Assembly (NCBI RefSeq): GCF_025273655.1
Contig: NZ_CP045921.1
Coordinates: 60,001 to 92,000, forward strand
Length of the DNA: 32,000 nucleotides
Origin: Candidatus Saccharimonadota bacterium
GTDB taxonomy: Bacteria; Patescibacteriota; Saccharimonadia; Saccharimonadales; Saccharimonadaceae
Direction of reading: 5' to 3'
Under the pieces are notes generated by a model, which did not search any database, had not been told where the DNA came from, and was given only the letters and a program-made list of their open reading frames with translations. Both the position numbers and the translations under genes were made by a program. Positions 8,665 through 16,779 of the stretch are shown here, one piece after another. Within the stretch, counting starts at the first letter, position 1. Each line of letters opens with the position of its first letter.

Positions 8665-9714
8665 ATGTTAGACGATGTGCAGATTTATACGCAAAAAGAC
8701 CCATCGGGGGCGTTGGGAGTAGCGGCGAGCGAGTGGCAGCAGGCCAAGTTCGAGGCGGAGGTGCAACATCCGGATCATGACGGACGTGAGATTACTCGTA
8801 TCGTCTTCGCGGGCATGGGCGGTTCAGCGCTGTCGGCGCTGATGGTGAAATCATGGCTCGAGGGTTCGCTGGATGTGCCATTTGAGGTGGTGCGAACCTA
8901 TGCACTGCCGGCGTATGTCGGAAGTTCGACGCTCGTAGTGATTAGCAGCTGCTCTGGTAACACCGAGGAGACGCTAAGCTGCCTAGACGACGCCCAGGCC
9001 CGGGGCGCACAGATTGCTGTGCTCACAGCTGGCGGTACACTGCTGGAGCGTGCTCAGCAGGGCAGCATGACGCACGTGGTGCTGCCGAGTCGTACTGAGT
9101 ACGAGCCGCGCATGACGACGCTGGCGCAGATGCGTGCGTTGACGAAGCTATTGTGGCATTTTGGTGTGACGGATGGCTCGTATTACGATGAAATCGCACG
9201 GTATGCGGATTGGCTACACGACGAATCACAGGCTTGGCTGCCAGAAGTGACAACCGACAAAAACATCGCCAAGCAACTCGCCCTTTTCTCTGTCGGTAAA
9301 ACAGCGGTGTTTTATGCAGGCCACCTGATGGCGCCTATCGCCTACAAATGGAAGATTAGCTGGAACGAGACAGGTAAAAACTTGGCGTTTTGGAACGAGT
9401 ATCCAGAGTTTAATCACAACGAGTTTTTGGGATGGTCGAGTCATCCGATAGAGAAGCCGTATGCGGTGATTGATCTAGTAAGTGATTTTGAGCATGAACG
9501 CATTCTGAAGCGTTTCGAGTTGAGCGACAAACTACTAAGCGGCCGACGGCCAAAAGCAAATATCGTGCGCTTGCAGGGCGAATCACCGGTAGCGCAGATG
9601 CTGTGGGGGTGTGTGTTGGCAGATTTCGTGAGTAGCTATGTGGCGGTGCTCAACGGCGTGGATCCGACACCAGTAGACTTGATCGAGAAATTCAAAAAAG
9701 AGTTGGCTAGCTAG
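8665..9714 (+). CDS. bifunctional phosphoglucose/phosphomannose isomerase (SIS domain)
   Basis: 349-aa ORF with SIS motifs FAGMGGSALSA and SSCSGNTEETL. Length and C-terminal domain are typical of the PGI/PMI family. Confidence 0.75.
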   Translation: MLDDVQIYTQKDPSGALGVAASEWQQAKFEAEVQHPDHDGREITRIVFAGMGGSALSALMVKSWLEGSLDVPFEVVRTYALPAYVGSSTLVVISSCSGNTEETLSCLDDAQARGAQIAVLTAGGTLLERAQQGSMTHVVLPSRTEYEPRMTTLAQMRALTKLLWHFGVTDGSYYDEIARYADWLHDESQAWLPEVTTDKNIAKQLALFSVGKTAVFYAGHLMAPIAYKWKISWNETGKNLAFWNEYPEFNHNEFLGWSSHPIEKPYAVIDLVSDFEHERILKRFELSDKLLSGRRPKANIVRLQGESPVAQMLWGCVLADFVSSYVAVLNGVDPTPVDLIEKFKKELAS

Positions 9715-9737
9715 CCAACTCGCTCAATAATTGCTTT

Positions 9738-9769
9738 GCAGTCACCCCGGCAGGAGTCGGGGTGACTGC
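9738..9769. terminator. bidirectional hairpin between convergent genes
   Basis: gcagtcaccccg (9738..9749) and cggggtgactgc (9758..9769) form a perfect 12-bp GC-rich stem with an 8-nt loop. Confidence 0.7.
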
Positions 9770-9785
9770 ATCTGCCGGGGTGGAA

Positions 9786-10163
9786 TCAGAATGGAAGTTC
9801 GGTCTTGTGCTTCTCAAGCAGACTCCTGACCACCTCGGGAACTTCGAGTCCTTCATCGGGAGGTAGATCAAACTGAGCATACTTAGCCGGAATGATGATT
9901 GCTCCGCAGGTCAGAACTGCTGGCTTGCCGTTCAGCATGTCGTTGTAGTCTTCGACGTGAACCTGCTGCAACGTGGCGACACTGTCTTCGTCGACAGTGA
10001 AGGTGATGCGGAGCAAGGTGCCCTCTGCTGCCATAGTGCCCGACACTGTGTCACCGGGACGGATATCTCTTAGGGTACATTCACACCCCTTGATCGTCAG
10101 ACGGAACGTGTGCGCCGGTTGGCGAACATCAAGTACGGAGCCTGTGCGATGCGTTTCGAACAA
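9786..10163 (-). CDS. hypothetical protein (start uncertain)
   Basis: The 190-aa track ORF overlaps the FtsX gene upstream of 10238. The first in-frame starts after that are a TTG at 10163 (GAAGGAAA 4-6 nt upstream) and an ATG at 10034. Its own promoter is at 10213..10221. No recognisable domain. Confidence 0.4.
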   Translation of the reverse strand: MFETHRTGSVLDVRQPAHTFRLTIKGCECTLRDIRPGDTVSGTMAAEGTLLRITFTVDEDSVATLQQVHVEDYNDMLNGKPAVLTCGAIIIPAKYAQFDLPPDEGLEVPEVVRSLLEKHKTELPF

Positions 10164-10212
10164 GGTATTTCCTTCTGTGTCGCCCCAGCTTCTTTCACCA
10201 GGGACAAATAAT

Positions 10213-10221
10213 ATTATAGCA
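10213..10221 (-). promoter_or_regulatory. extended -10 element TGCTATAAT (minus strand)
   Basis: The reverse complement of attatagca is TGCTATAAT. This is the same 9-mer as at hchA. It lies between the FtsX stop (10238) and the small ORF. Confidence 0.4.
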
Positions 10222-10237
10222 TAATAACTATAATATA

Positions 10238-11479
10238 TCAATGATACTGTCGTAGCGCTTCGATAGGATTTTTGCGAGCGGCACGCAGAGCTGGATAGAT
10301 GCCAAAAACGAGGCCGACGAGCATAGAGGTGCCGATTGAAGCGACAGGGACCCACCAAGTGAAGCCTGGGTTGAATGGCAAGAAGGTGCTAAGGAGAAGG
10401 GCGACGGCGTAGCCGAGGAGAAAACCGAAGACGCCACCGGATATGCTCATTACGAGCGCTTCGATGAGGAACTGGAATGTAATGTGATAGTTGCTGGCAC
10501 CGACGGCTTTGCGAATACCAATTTCGCGGGTACGCTCGGCAACGTTGGCTAGCATGATATTCATAATGCCGATACCGCCGATTATAAGTGCGATAGCCGA
10601 CACGAGCATCGCCACGACACCGACGAGATTGAACAAGAGTGATGTAGGCTTGGAGATCTGGTCGCCAGTGAGGACAGTGAAGTCTTTCTCCCCGTTGTGG
10701 TTGTCGGTGATGACTTTGTTGATCTGAGAGGTGAGAGCCGAGAGGTTGGCGGCATCTTTGGCTTTGACGTCAATCTGTCGGATCTGTGCAATGCCTTGGT
10801 TGAACGACTTACCGCTATCGAGGCTGATGATGACGGCGTCATTGACGTTCAGATTATTGTAGTTGATCGCGTCGTCGACTGTTTTGAGTACGCCGATGAC
10901 CGTGAACTGTTGGCCACGAACTTTGAATAGTTGACCGATGGACTGGTCGGTGCCGAACAGGTCGATCGAAAGCTGATGACCGATGACGGCGGTGTTTTGG
11001 TTGGTGATGTCGTCAATGAACTGGCCGTCTTGGATTTTGAGGTCGGAGACGGTGGCAAGAGCTGGGGTGGTAGCGACGATCGGCGCATCGGTGATTGTTT
11101 GTTTGCTATCATTTGTCTTCACGGAACCGTCGACTGACATGAGTGGTGCAGCATCGGCGACATTATCGAGCTCGGAGACGGTGCGATAATCTTTTTCGGT
11201 AAGTGAGCTGACTGCGAAGCTGTTGCCGCCGAGTGGCGCCACCATGTCCCGAAGGTTTTGTGGTGTCTGCTCAGTGCCGGGGCGGATAACGGCGATGTTG
11301 CCACCAAGTGCATCGACTTGATCGCTCACTAGCTTGGCGGCGCCATAGCTCAGTGCGAATATGACCGTCATACAGGCAACACCGAGCGTGATACCGAGGG
11401 TTGTGAGAAGCGTCCGGAGGCGATTACGGCGCAGAGATTCGCGGGCCACGCTGATGTGATTGACGATGAGAAGACGCAT
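10238..11479 (-). CDS. ABC transporter permease, MacB/FtsX family
   Basis: 413-aa ORF with an N-terminal TM, a large periplasmic MacB_PCD-like domain and a C-terminal FtsX 3-TM bundle (REIGIRKAVGAS motif). Confidence 0.9.
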   Translation of the reverse strand: MRLLIVNHISVARESLRRNRLRTLLTTLGITLGVACMTVIFALSYGAAKLVSDQVDALGGNIAVIRPGTEQTPQNLRDMVAPLGGNSFAVSSLTEKDYRTVSELDNVADAAPLMSVDGSVKTNDSKQTITDAPIVATTPALATVSDLKIQDGQFIDDITNQNTAVIGHQLSIDLFGTDQSIGQLFKVRGQQFTVIGVLKTVDDAINYNNLNVNDAVIISLDSGKSFNQGIAQIRQIDVKAKDAANLSALTSQINKVITDNHNGEKDFTVLTGDQISKPTSLLFNLVGVVAMLVSAIALIIGGIGIMNIMLANVAERTREIGIRKAVGASNYHITFQFLIEALVMSISGGVFGFLLGYAVALLLSTFLPFNPGFTWWVPVASIGTSMLVGLVFGIYPALRAARKNPIEALRQYH

Positions 11480-12274
11480 TTACTTTTTACCCTTTCGTGC
11501 ACGGCGAGTTGATTTGCTGCGACTGCCAAGACTAACTTTTTTTGCCGGGGCAGATGAACGGGTATTTTGGACGACAGTTGTCTTGGTGTCGGTATCGATC
11601 CGACCGTCGAGCATAGTGATCACACGGTCGGCGTAGGTGGTCATATCGGGATTGTGGGTTACCATGATGATTGTGTTGCCGCGACGGTGGATGTCGGACA
11701 ATTCTTCGAGGATGAGGTGGCTAGATTTGCTATCGAGATTGCCTGTCGGCTCGTCTGCCAGGATAATGCTGGGGTCGTTTACTAGGGCGCGGGCGATGGC
11801 CACGCGTTGGGTCTGTCCGCCAGAGAGCTGCCAGGGCATGTAGTATTCGCGTTCGTTGAGATGAAAAGTCTTCAGCATAGCGCTAGCTTTTTTGGCACTT
11901 TTAAGAGCTGGGGTTCCTGTATAAGCAAGGGGAAGTGCAACGTTTTCGATGACGTTCAGCCGTGGCACGAGATTGAAGCTCTGGAACACGAATCCGATAC
12001 GCTTGGAGCGGATAGCGGCGCGTTTGGCGCTGGTGAGGCGGGCAACTGATTTACCGTCGAGTCGGTAGTCGCCTTCATCTGGCTTGTCGAGAAGTCCTAG
12101 TACATTGAGGAGGCTTGTCTTGCCACAACCGCTCGGGCCCATAATGGCGATGAATTCGCCTTTTTTGATCTCGAGGTCTATATTGTCGAGCACAGTGTGT
12201 TCGGCGTCACCTATGCCGTAGCGTTTCGTGAGGCCTCTCAAAGATATGACTGGTGCCGAGTCAGCTTTTTTCAT
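11480..12274 (-). CDS. ABC transporter ATP-binding protein (MacB/LolD type)
   Basis: Walker A GPSGCGKTS, Q-loop, signature LSGGQTQRVAIARAL, Walker B ILADEPTGNLD, H-loop VTHN. The stop abuts the permease start. Confidence 0.93.
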   Translation of the reverse strand: MKKADSAPVISLRGLTKRYGIGDAEHTVLDNIDLEIKKGEFIAIMGPSGCGKTSLLNVLGLLDKPDEGDYRLDGKSVARLTSAKRAAIRSKRIGFVFQSFNLVPRLNVIENVALPLAYTGTPALKSAKKASAMLKTFHLNEREYYMPWQLSGGQTQRVAIARALVNDPSIILADEPTGNLDSKSSHLILEELSDIHRRGNTIIMVTHNPDMTTYADRVITMLDGRIDTDTKTTVVQNTRSSAPAKKVSLGSRSKSTRRARKGKK

Positions 12275-12448
12275 TCCTCCTATTATAGGGGGAACAACAG
12301 AGAAGAAGCAACCGTGAGCGTTATTTCTACATCATAATGTTGCGGATTTGGCTTAGGGTTGTCGTTATAGTGTGTGCGCATAGACTACAATTCGCATCAC
12401 GAAAGGGCTGTTTAGATGAGGGCGTCTTCGCTATAATGGAAACTCTAC

Positions 12449-12538
12449 GGAGAGGTGGCCGAGTGGTTGAAGGCGCACGCTTGGAAAGCGTGTGTGCCAG
12501 CAATGGTACCGCAGGTTCGAATCCTGTTCTCTCCGCCA
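12449..12538 (+). tRNA. tRNA-Ser (anticodon GGA), encoded CCA
   Basis: Hand-folded. Acceptor GGAGAGG/TCTCTCC, anticodon stem CACGC/GCGTG with loop TTGGAAA, long variable arm, T-loop GGTTCGAATCC, 3' GCCA. Confidence 0.9.
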
Positions 12539-12578
12539 TAGAAAATAGCTCGGTCTTGCAATCGAGCTATTTTCTATG
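12537..12578 (+). terminator. tRNA-3' hairpin with CATAGAAAAT / ATTTTCTATG arms
   Basis: catagaaaatagctcg (12537..12552) pairs perfectly with cgagctattttctatg (12563..12578). The stem starts inside the tRNA CCA end. Confidence 0.6.
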
Positions 12579-12648
12579 ATGTAGGAAGCGTTGATAGTCT
12601 CTCTATTTTTTCTAGTAATCCCCACAACGCTCATGCTATACTACCTGT

Positions 12649-13341
12649 ATGCAGCCACAAACACCTCAGGCCCCTCAGGTGCCGACTCCGGAGCAACCAC
12701 CCCAACCTCAAGTCGTGGAGCCGCAGCCGGTCGCTATGCCACAAGCGGTAGAGCCCGCTTCTCAGCAATCACAGTTTGCAGACGAGACGGCGCAACGCCA
12801 GACACCAATGGTAACCGTATCGATGGGCGAGGTGGCTATGGGCGAGACTGTAGACGGGCCGGAGCGGCAGAATGCCGAAGTGGGGGTAGTTGAATGGCAG
12901 GCTCAAGAATACATCACTACCGACAAAAATCCGATCTGGTATGCTGGACTCGGTGTATTTGTCGTCGTCGCGATCGCACTAGATGTATTTGTACTCAAGA
13001 CATATTTCACCGTGTCACTTCTCGCAATTGTGATCGCAGTTGTACTCATCGTGATGCACATACGACCAGCACGCATGATTAATTATCGGCTTGATGGGGA
13101 GGGCCTGCGTGTCGACGATGTACTCTATCCTATCGCCGAGTACAAGTCGTTTGGCGTATTGCACGACGGTAAAGAAAACACAATCCATCTGATACCTGTT
13201 AAGCGGTTCAAGCCAAGTTTGCAGGTGTATTTTCCGGTTGAGGTAGGTGAGTCTATCGTAGATTCACTAGGCGCACGTCTACCGATGGAAGAATTGCACC
13301 TCGACTTCGTCGATCGTATCGTCCACTTGTTCCGTCTGTAG
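12649..13341 (+). CDS. hypothetical membrane protein with Pro/Gln-rich N-terminus
   Basis: 230-aa ORF with an N-terminal PQ-rich low-complexity region, two TM helices (IWYAGLGVFVVVAIAL, FTVSLLAIVIAVVLIV), then a PH-like soluble domain. No named family recognised. Confidence 0.6.
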   Translation: MQPQTPQAPQVPTPEQPPQPQVVEPQPVAMPQAVEPASQQSQFADETAQRQTPMVTVSMGEVAMGETVDGPERQNAEVGVVEWQAQEYITTDKNPIWYAGLGVFVVVAIALDVFVLKTYFTVSLLAIVIAVVLIVMHIRPARMINYRLDGEGLRVDDVLYPIAEYKSFGVLHDGKENTIHLIPVKRFKPSLQVYFPVEVGESIVDSLGARLPMEELHLDFVDRIVHLFRL

Positions 13342-13370
13342 TTGATTTATAGCTCTATCTCTGTTATACT
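13342..13370 (+). promoter_or_regulatory. sigma-70-type promoter of tRNA-Arg
   Basis: TTGATT (13342..13347), a 17-nt spacer, then TATACT (13365..13370), about 30 nt upstream of the tRNA. Confidence 0.45.
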
Positions 13371-13401
13371 TGCTGTTAGTGTCAAATTTTGACAAACCTG
13401 A

Positions 13402-13478
13402 GCACCCGTAGCTCAGCTGGATAGAGCGTTGGCTTGCGGAGCCAAAGGCCATAGGTTCGAATCCTGTCGGGTGTACCA
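13402..13478 (+). tRNA. tRNA-Arg (anticodon GCG as read from loop TTGCGGA), encoded CCA
   Basis: Hand-folded, 77 nt. Acceptor GCACCCG/CGGGTGT (G1-U72 wobble), D-arm GCTC-AGCTGGATA-GAGC with A20, anticodon stem TTGGC/GCCAA, T-loop GGTTCGAATCC, discriminator A, CCA. Confidence 0.85.
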
Positions 13479-15095
13479 TACTTGAATTAGAGACGCTATT
13501 GCGTCTTTTTTCATCTGTTCTGGATAGGTTTGGACCTTCAAGAACTGCTTTTCAAGAGACGGATACTTTTCAACTAGTGGAGTTAGATATTCTATAGGCT
13601 CAAACAGTAGTACGCCATCTTTCAGTAATAGGTTTTGACCAATAATGCTCAAGACTTCTTTCTTTTTTAAGTCATTATCACTTTCGAAGTCATATTTAGC
13701 ATATCGTGCGAAATTAAAGTACTTCTCTAGCAGTTGACGTTGACGCTTGTTTGAGTTCTCCTGGTCATCAAATTGACCCCTCAATGTAATAAGCCTGTCT
13801 TCAAGCTCTTGCTTCTCGGATTTATAAAAAGTTTCGTCAATCATACCTTTATATAAAGCACGTTGTAGTTTGTTCACCTCAGCTTCTGTATTTTTAATAG
13901 CTTTCATCTGAGTCTCGATTACTTTTTCTTGCTTCTCTGCTTCATCTTCGTGGAACTCGTCTAAATACTCACAAGTCCATTTGAAGAAGTCTTCAATAAT
14001 CGTATACTTGCTAATCTCATTTCGAATAGCTTTGGTTAAATCTTGTGGAGTTATCCTGCTAACGGTCATTGTCTGCGAGCATTCAGAGTACTTCTTTTTT
14101 CGAGTACAGTAACAGTATTCGTATGTATGTACGTTTCCATTCTTCTGTTTCTTGACTATTTTAGAATATGTAATCAGGCAACCGCATTCTCCACACTTAA
14201 CTAGACCACGATATGGGAATGGGTCATCTAGGGCTATCTTTTCTTCTGGTCGAGGCTGGTTTGCCCGACCTATCATTCCTTGCACTTGTCGAAACTCCTC
14301 TGGTGTAATCATAGGCGAATGTTTACCTTCTGTGTGGTAGATTCCAGAGAAGCGAATAGCACCCATATAGAAAGGATTCTTAAACATTAAATACAGTCCA
14401 GATACTGACAGTGGTTTATTTCCAGATTTTTTACGTTTAGGAGTTTTAAGCCCCCACTCTTTATCAGCAATTCTTGCTATTTGACTAACAGAGTATTGAC
14501 CCGTAAGGGCGTAGTCCCACATTCTTCGCACTAGTGCATATCTAGCGTCATCAATGACGATTACATTGACATCACTGAACTCGCTTTCTTTCGCATTCTT
14601 GTAGCCTATTGGAACTCTGCCAGGATAATAGCCATTTTTAGCCCTTTGCGACATTCGGTCTTTTACAATTATTGATAAATCACGACTAAACTGAGTATCT
14701 TGAGCTGCGTCTATGCTAAATATAAGGGCGTTATCTTCTGGAAGGTAGTTTTTATCCTTGGTAATAATAGCTTTAAGTTTGCCATCAAACATTAGCTGCT
14801 GGATAACTCCACTCTCTTTTGGATTACGAGCTAAGCGATTAGATTTATAGGTAAGAATAGCGTTTATATTACCTTTTTCTATTTGTTCGATAAGCTCATC
14901 AAACTTTATCCGCTGGTCTGGTATCTTTGCAGATTTAGATTCCTTATATATCGCTTTTTTGACGATACGATATTCTCTTGCTTCTGCAATTTCGGTCATT
15001 GTTTCTAGTTGGTCATCTAGTGACGCAATTTGTTTGTCTTCGCTTTCGTTAGACTTTCTTGCGTAAAGTCCGTATTTCAGTTGTTCTAAGTTCAT
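13413..15095 (-). CDS. large serine recombinase (integrase)
   Basis: N-terminal resolvase domain with YARKSNESEDKQIASLDDQ (catalytic Ser), a recombinase domain, the zinc-ribbon cysteines CGECGC...YCYC and a C-terminal coiled coil. Start set at the ATG at 15095 (MNLEQLKYGLYARKS). The last 18 codons lie antisense inside the tRNA-Arg gene. Confidence 0.9.
   Translation of the reverse strand: MNLEQLKYGLYARKSNESEDKQIASLDDQLETMTEIAEAREYRIVKKAIYKESKSAKIPDQRIKFDELIEQIEKGNINAILTYKSNRLARNPKESGVIQQLMFDGKLKAIITKDKNYLPEDNALIFSIDAAQDTQFSRDLSIIVKDRMSQRAKNGYYPGRVPIGYKNAKESEFSDVNVIVIDDARYALVRRMWDYALTGQYSVSQIARIADKEWGLKTPKRKKSGNKPLSVSGLYLMFKNPFYMGAIRFSGIYHTEGKHSPMITPEEFRQVQGMIGRANQPRPEEKIALDDPFPYRGLVKCGECGCLITYSKIVKKQKNGNVHTYEYCYCTRKKKYSECSQTMTVSRITPQDLTKAIRNEISKYTIIEDFFKWTCEYLDEFHEDEAEKQEKVIETQMKAIKNTEAEVNKLQRALYKGMIDETFYKSEKQELEDRLITLRGQFDDQENSNKRQRQLLEKYFNFARYAKYDFESDNDLKKKEVLSIIGQNLLLKDGVLLFEPIEYLTPLVEKYPSLEKQFLKVQTYPEQMKKDAIASLIQVWYTRQDSNLWPLAPQANALSS
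13469..13480. repeat. attL core: 12-bp direct repeat GGGTGTACCATA (last 10 nt of tRNA-Arg plus 2 nt)
   Basis: An identical 12-mer recurs at 21433..21444. The composition shift starts here. Confidence 0.7.
13491..13511 (+). terminator. element-supplied terminator directly after tRNA-Arg
   Basis: agacgc-tatt-gcgtct followed by TTTTTT, 12 nt after the CCA end. It replaces the native hairpin now stranded at 21440..21480. Confidence 0.5.
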
Positions 15096-15218
15096 AGTTT
15101 TCCTATCTATATTATATAACTTTATTAGTATTATGTTAAACAATTAGTTTATGTTTATAGAGGTGGTGGTCTACACTGTGGGATTAAGTGAGTGAAGCAA
15201 AAATGTATACACCTATAA

Positions 15219-16259
15219 CTAATCATTTTTTGCGGCACTCGGCTCGTCAGAGGGTAAATAGTATTTATAAGAATTACGCCCACCAGGTAGTACTCTTACC
15301 ATCTCTGTACGAGCTAGCTCATCTAGGCAGTCGCTAATCTTTTTATCACCACCTTTGAACCCATCTGTCTTAATTTGTGCTACAAGCTGCCTTTTAGATA
15401 ATCCAGGATATAACCCTACTGCTTCTACAATTTCTTTCAGCTGTTCATTGTGTCGGTCTGCTGACGACTTTCCTTCGCCTACATATTCAAACTCTGTAGC
15501 ATTCTCGTGAAACCTCAGTTCAAATGGGGCTGGCTCCCAAATATCTCTATTCTTGGTTTGTGTAAGTCTTACGAACTCGCTTTGACCAACACGGTTTACT
15601 GCAATGTGACAATCTGCGGCAGCTAAAATGTCGGAAGAACCACGCATTTCCATTGCTGGATTGCTTTGCCCTGCGACACCTTTTCGGTTGTGGTGCAGAA
15701 TCAATACTGCAAGTCCTGTATCCGCCAACTGCCTATAGCAGTCCATAAGCGTAGCCATATCACCAGAAGCGTTTTCATCAGCATTATTGAAGCGGGTAAA
15801 GGAATCAAATATAACTAAGCCAATTTCTTTTTCTTTAGCTTCTTTTGCGATTGCGTCTACATATAAATGGTTCATCTTATAGCCAATTCTGGAAGTAAAA
15901 TGAATCTCTGTATTTTCAGAAGCTCCCATTTGTTTGAACCGCTTTTGTAGTCTCTGTCGTCCACTCTCTTCATCAATAACCATTACCCCCATCTGTTTAG
16001 AAGGGAAATGTCCAAACACACTCTCACCCTGAGCAACTTTCACTGCCATCTCCATATATAGCCAAGTTTTGAAACTTCCAGGTGAGCCTGAGATGATTGT
16101 TACTCCCTCGGCTGGTATTAAGCCTTCTATAGCCCAAACTTCTGGCGGAAACTCCTCTAGCAACAAATCGCTCAATCGTTCAGTAGAGAGCCTTAGCTGG
16201 CCTGTCTGTGTACCTTTTTCCCAAAGCTCTTTGTATCGGTTGCGATTTGGAGAGGTCAT
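15219..16259 (-). CDS. RepA/AAA_25-type (RecA-fold, DnaB-C-like) replication ATPase with C-terminal winged helix
   Basis: Walker A GSPGSFKT, Walker B GLVIFDSFTRF, ILHHNRK sensor motif. The C-terminus GLSKRQLVAQI...LDELARTEMVRV is wHTH-like. Confidence 0.7.
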   Translation of the reverse strand: MTSPNRNRYKELWEKGTQTGQLRLSTERLSDLLLEEFPPEVWAIEGLIPAEGVTIISGSPGSFKTWLYMEMAVKVAQGESVFGHFPSKQMGVMVIDEESGRQRLQKRFKQMGASENTEIHFTSRIGYKMNHLYVDAIAKEAKEKEIGLVIFDSFTRFNNADENASGDMATLMDCYRQLADTGLAVLILHHNRKGVAGQSNPAMEMRGSSDILAAADCHIAVNRVGQSEFVRLTQTKNRDIWEPAPFELRFHENATEFEYVGEGKSSADRHNEQLKEIVEAVGLYPGLSKRQLVAQIKTDGFKGGDKKISDCLDELARTEMVRVLPGGRNSYKYYLPSDEPSAAKND

Positions 16260-16408
16260 TTCCTAGCTCCATAATTCGGTTGTGTTAAGTAGACTAGGCG
16301 TATCAAAGCCATTCCATCTACGATTGCTTTTTGTTTACTTATCTTCTTGCCGAAGTTTTTCTTGTAGAGTACTTGAAACTCTTTTATTTGCTTTTCTTTT
16401 AACTGCAT
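16256..16408 (-). CDS. small hypothetical protein (50 aa), not in ORF track
   Basis: ATG at 16408 preceded by AGGTGG 6 nt upstream. My translation is MQLKEKQIKEFQVLYKKNFGKKISKQKAIVDGMALIRLVYLTQPNYGARK. Its TGA overlaps the ATG of the ATPase gene (ATGA), which suggests translational coupling. Confidence 0.45.
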   Translation of the reverse strand: MQLKEKQIKEFQVLYKKNFGKKISKQKAIVDGMALIRLVYLTQPNYGARK

Positions 16409-16672
16409 ATTTTTACCACCTGTTACTCTAATTTTTGACGCACTTAACCAGCCCAGTCGTGGATTGAATCCAGCTAAGTTAAGGCAATTAGAATAGAATG
16501 CTTACAAAGTTATTCGTAAACGATTACTAATTATTATTTGTGACTGTTTTACTTCTTCTCTATATCTTTAAGATGTTTCTCCCTTTGTTTATTGGTTTTC
16601 TGTCGTTAGCTTTTCTTATGTGACTGCTGTTGAATCGTATATGTACGGTGATTCGTTAGTCGCTTGCTGAAA

Positions 16673-16695
16673 AACTAAGTTCCACTATAGGGAGG
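16673..16695 (+). promoter_or_regulatory. T7/K11-type single-subunit phage RNA polymerase promoter look-alike
   Basis: AACTAAGTTCCACTATAGGGAGG. The 12-mer CACTATAGGGAG (16683..16694) is identical to positions -7..+5 of the T7 consensus TAATACGACTCACTATAGGGAGA, giving 16/23 matches overall. It lies in non-coding DNA. Confidence 0.25.
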
Positions 16696-16700
16696 GGGCT

Positions 16701-16738
16701 GTTAGGACTTAGCAATAACTTGTTAGGATATGTTAGTA
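16701..16738. repeat. three phased GTTAG(G/T)A direct repeats (iteron- or operator-like)
   Basis: GTTAGGA at 16701 and 16722, GTTAGTA at 16732. The spacings of 21 and 10 nt are approximately whole helical turns. Confidence 0.3.
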
Positions 16739-16746
16739 ACAGATGT

Positions 16747-16779
16747 AAAAAACGAAAAAACCGCCGTATTACGGGCGGT
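16747..16779 (-). terminator. rho-independent terminator of the 16799..17305 gene
   Basis: On the minus strand, an accgcccg/cggcggt-type hairpin (16760..16779) is followed by TTTTTTCGTTTTTT, 20 nt after the stop. Confidence 0.6.

Noticed and set aside
9786-10358. Full 190-aa ORF overlapping the FtsX permease gene by 120 nt
   Set aside because: The first ~60 codons lie inside the permease CDS and across a promoter-like TGCTATAAT. Only the part downstream of 10163 is retained, at low confidence.
12327-12634. ORFs 12327..12539(-), 12337..12579(+) and 12431..12634(-) around 12.4-12.6 kb, and 13279..13479(-)
   Set aside because: They are translations through the tRNA-Ser and tRNA-Arg genes and their hairpins (FEP/GSNP-type tRNA shadow peptides), not genes.
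12591-13082. Alternative-frame ORFs 12591..12893 and 12894..13082
   Set aside because: They overlap the 12649..13341 membrane-protein frame. Their Arg/Gly/Cys-rich composition suggests the off-frame of a Pro/Gln-rich region.
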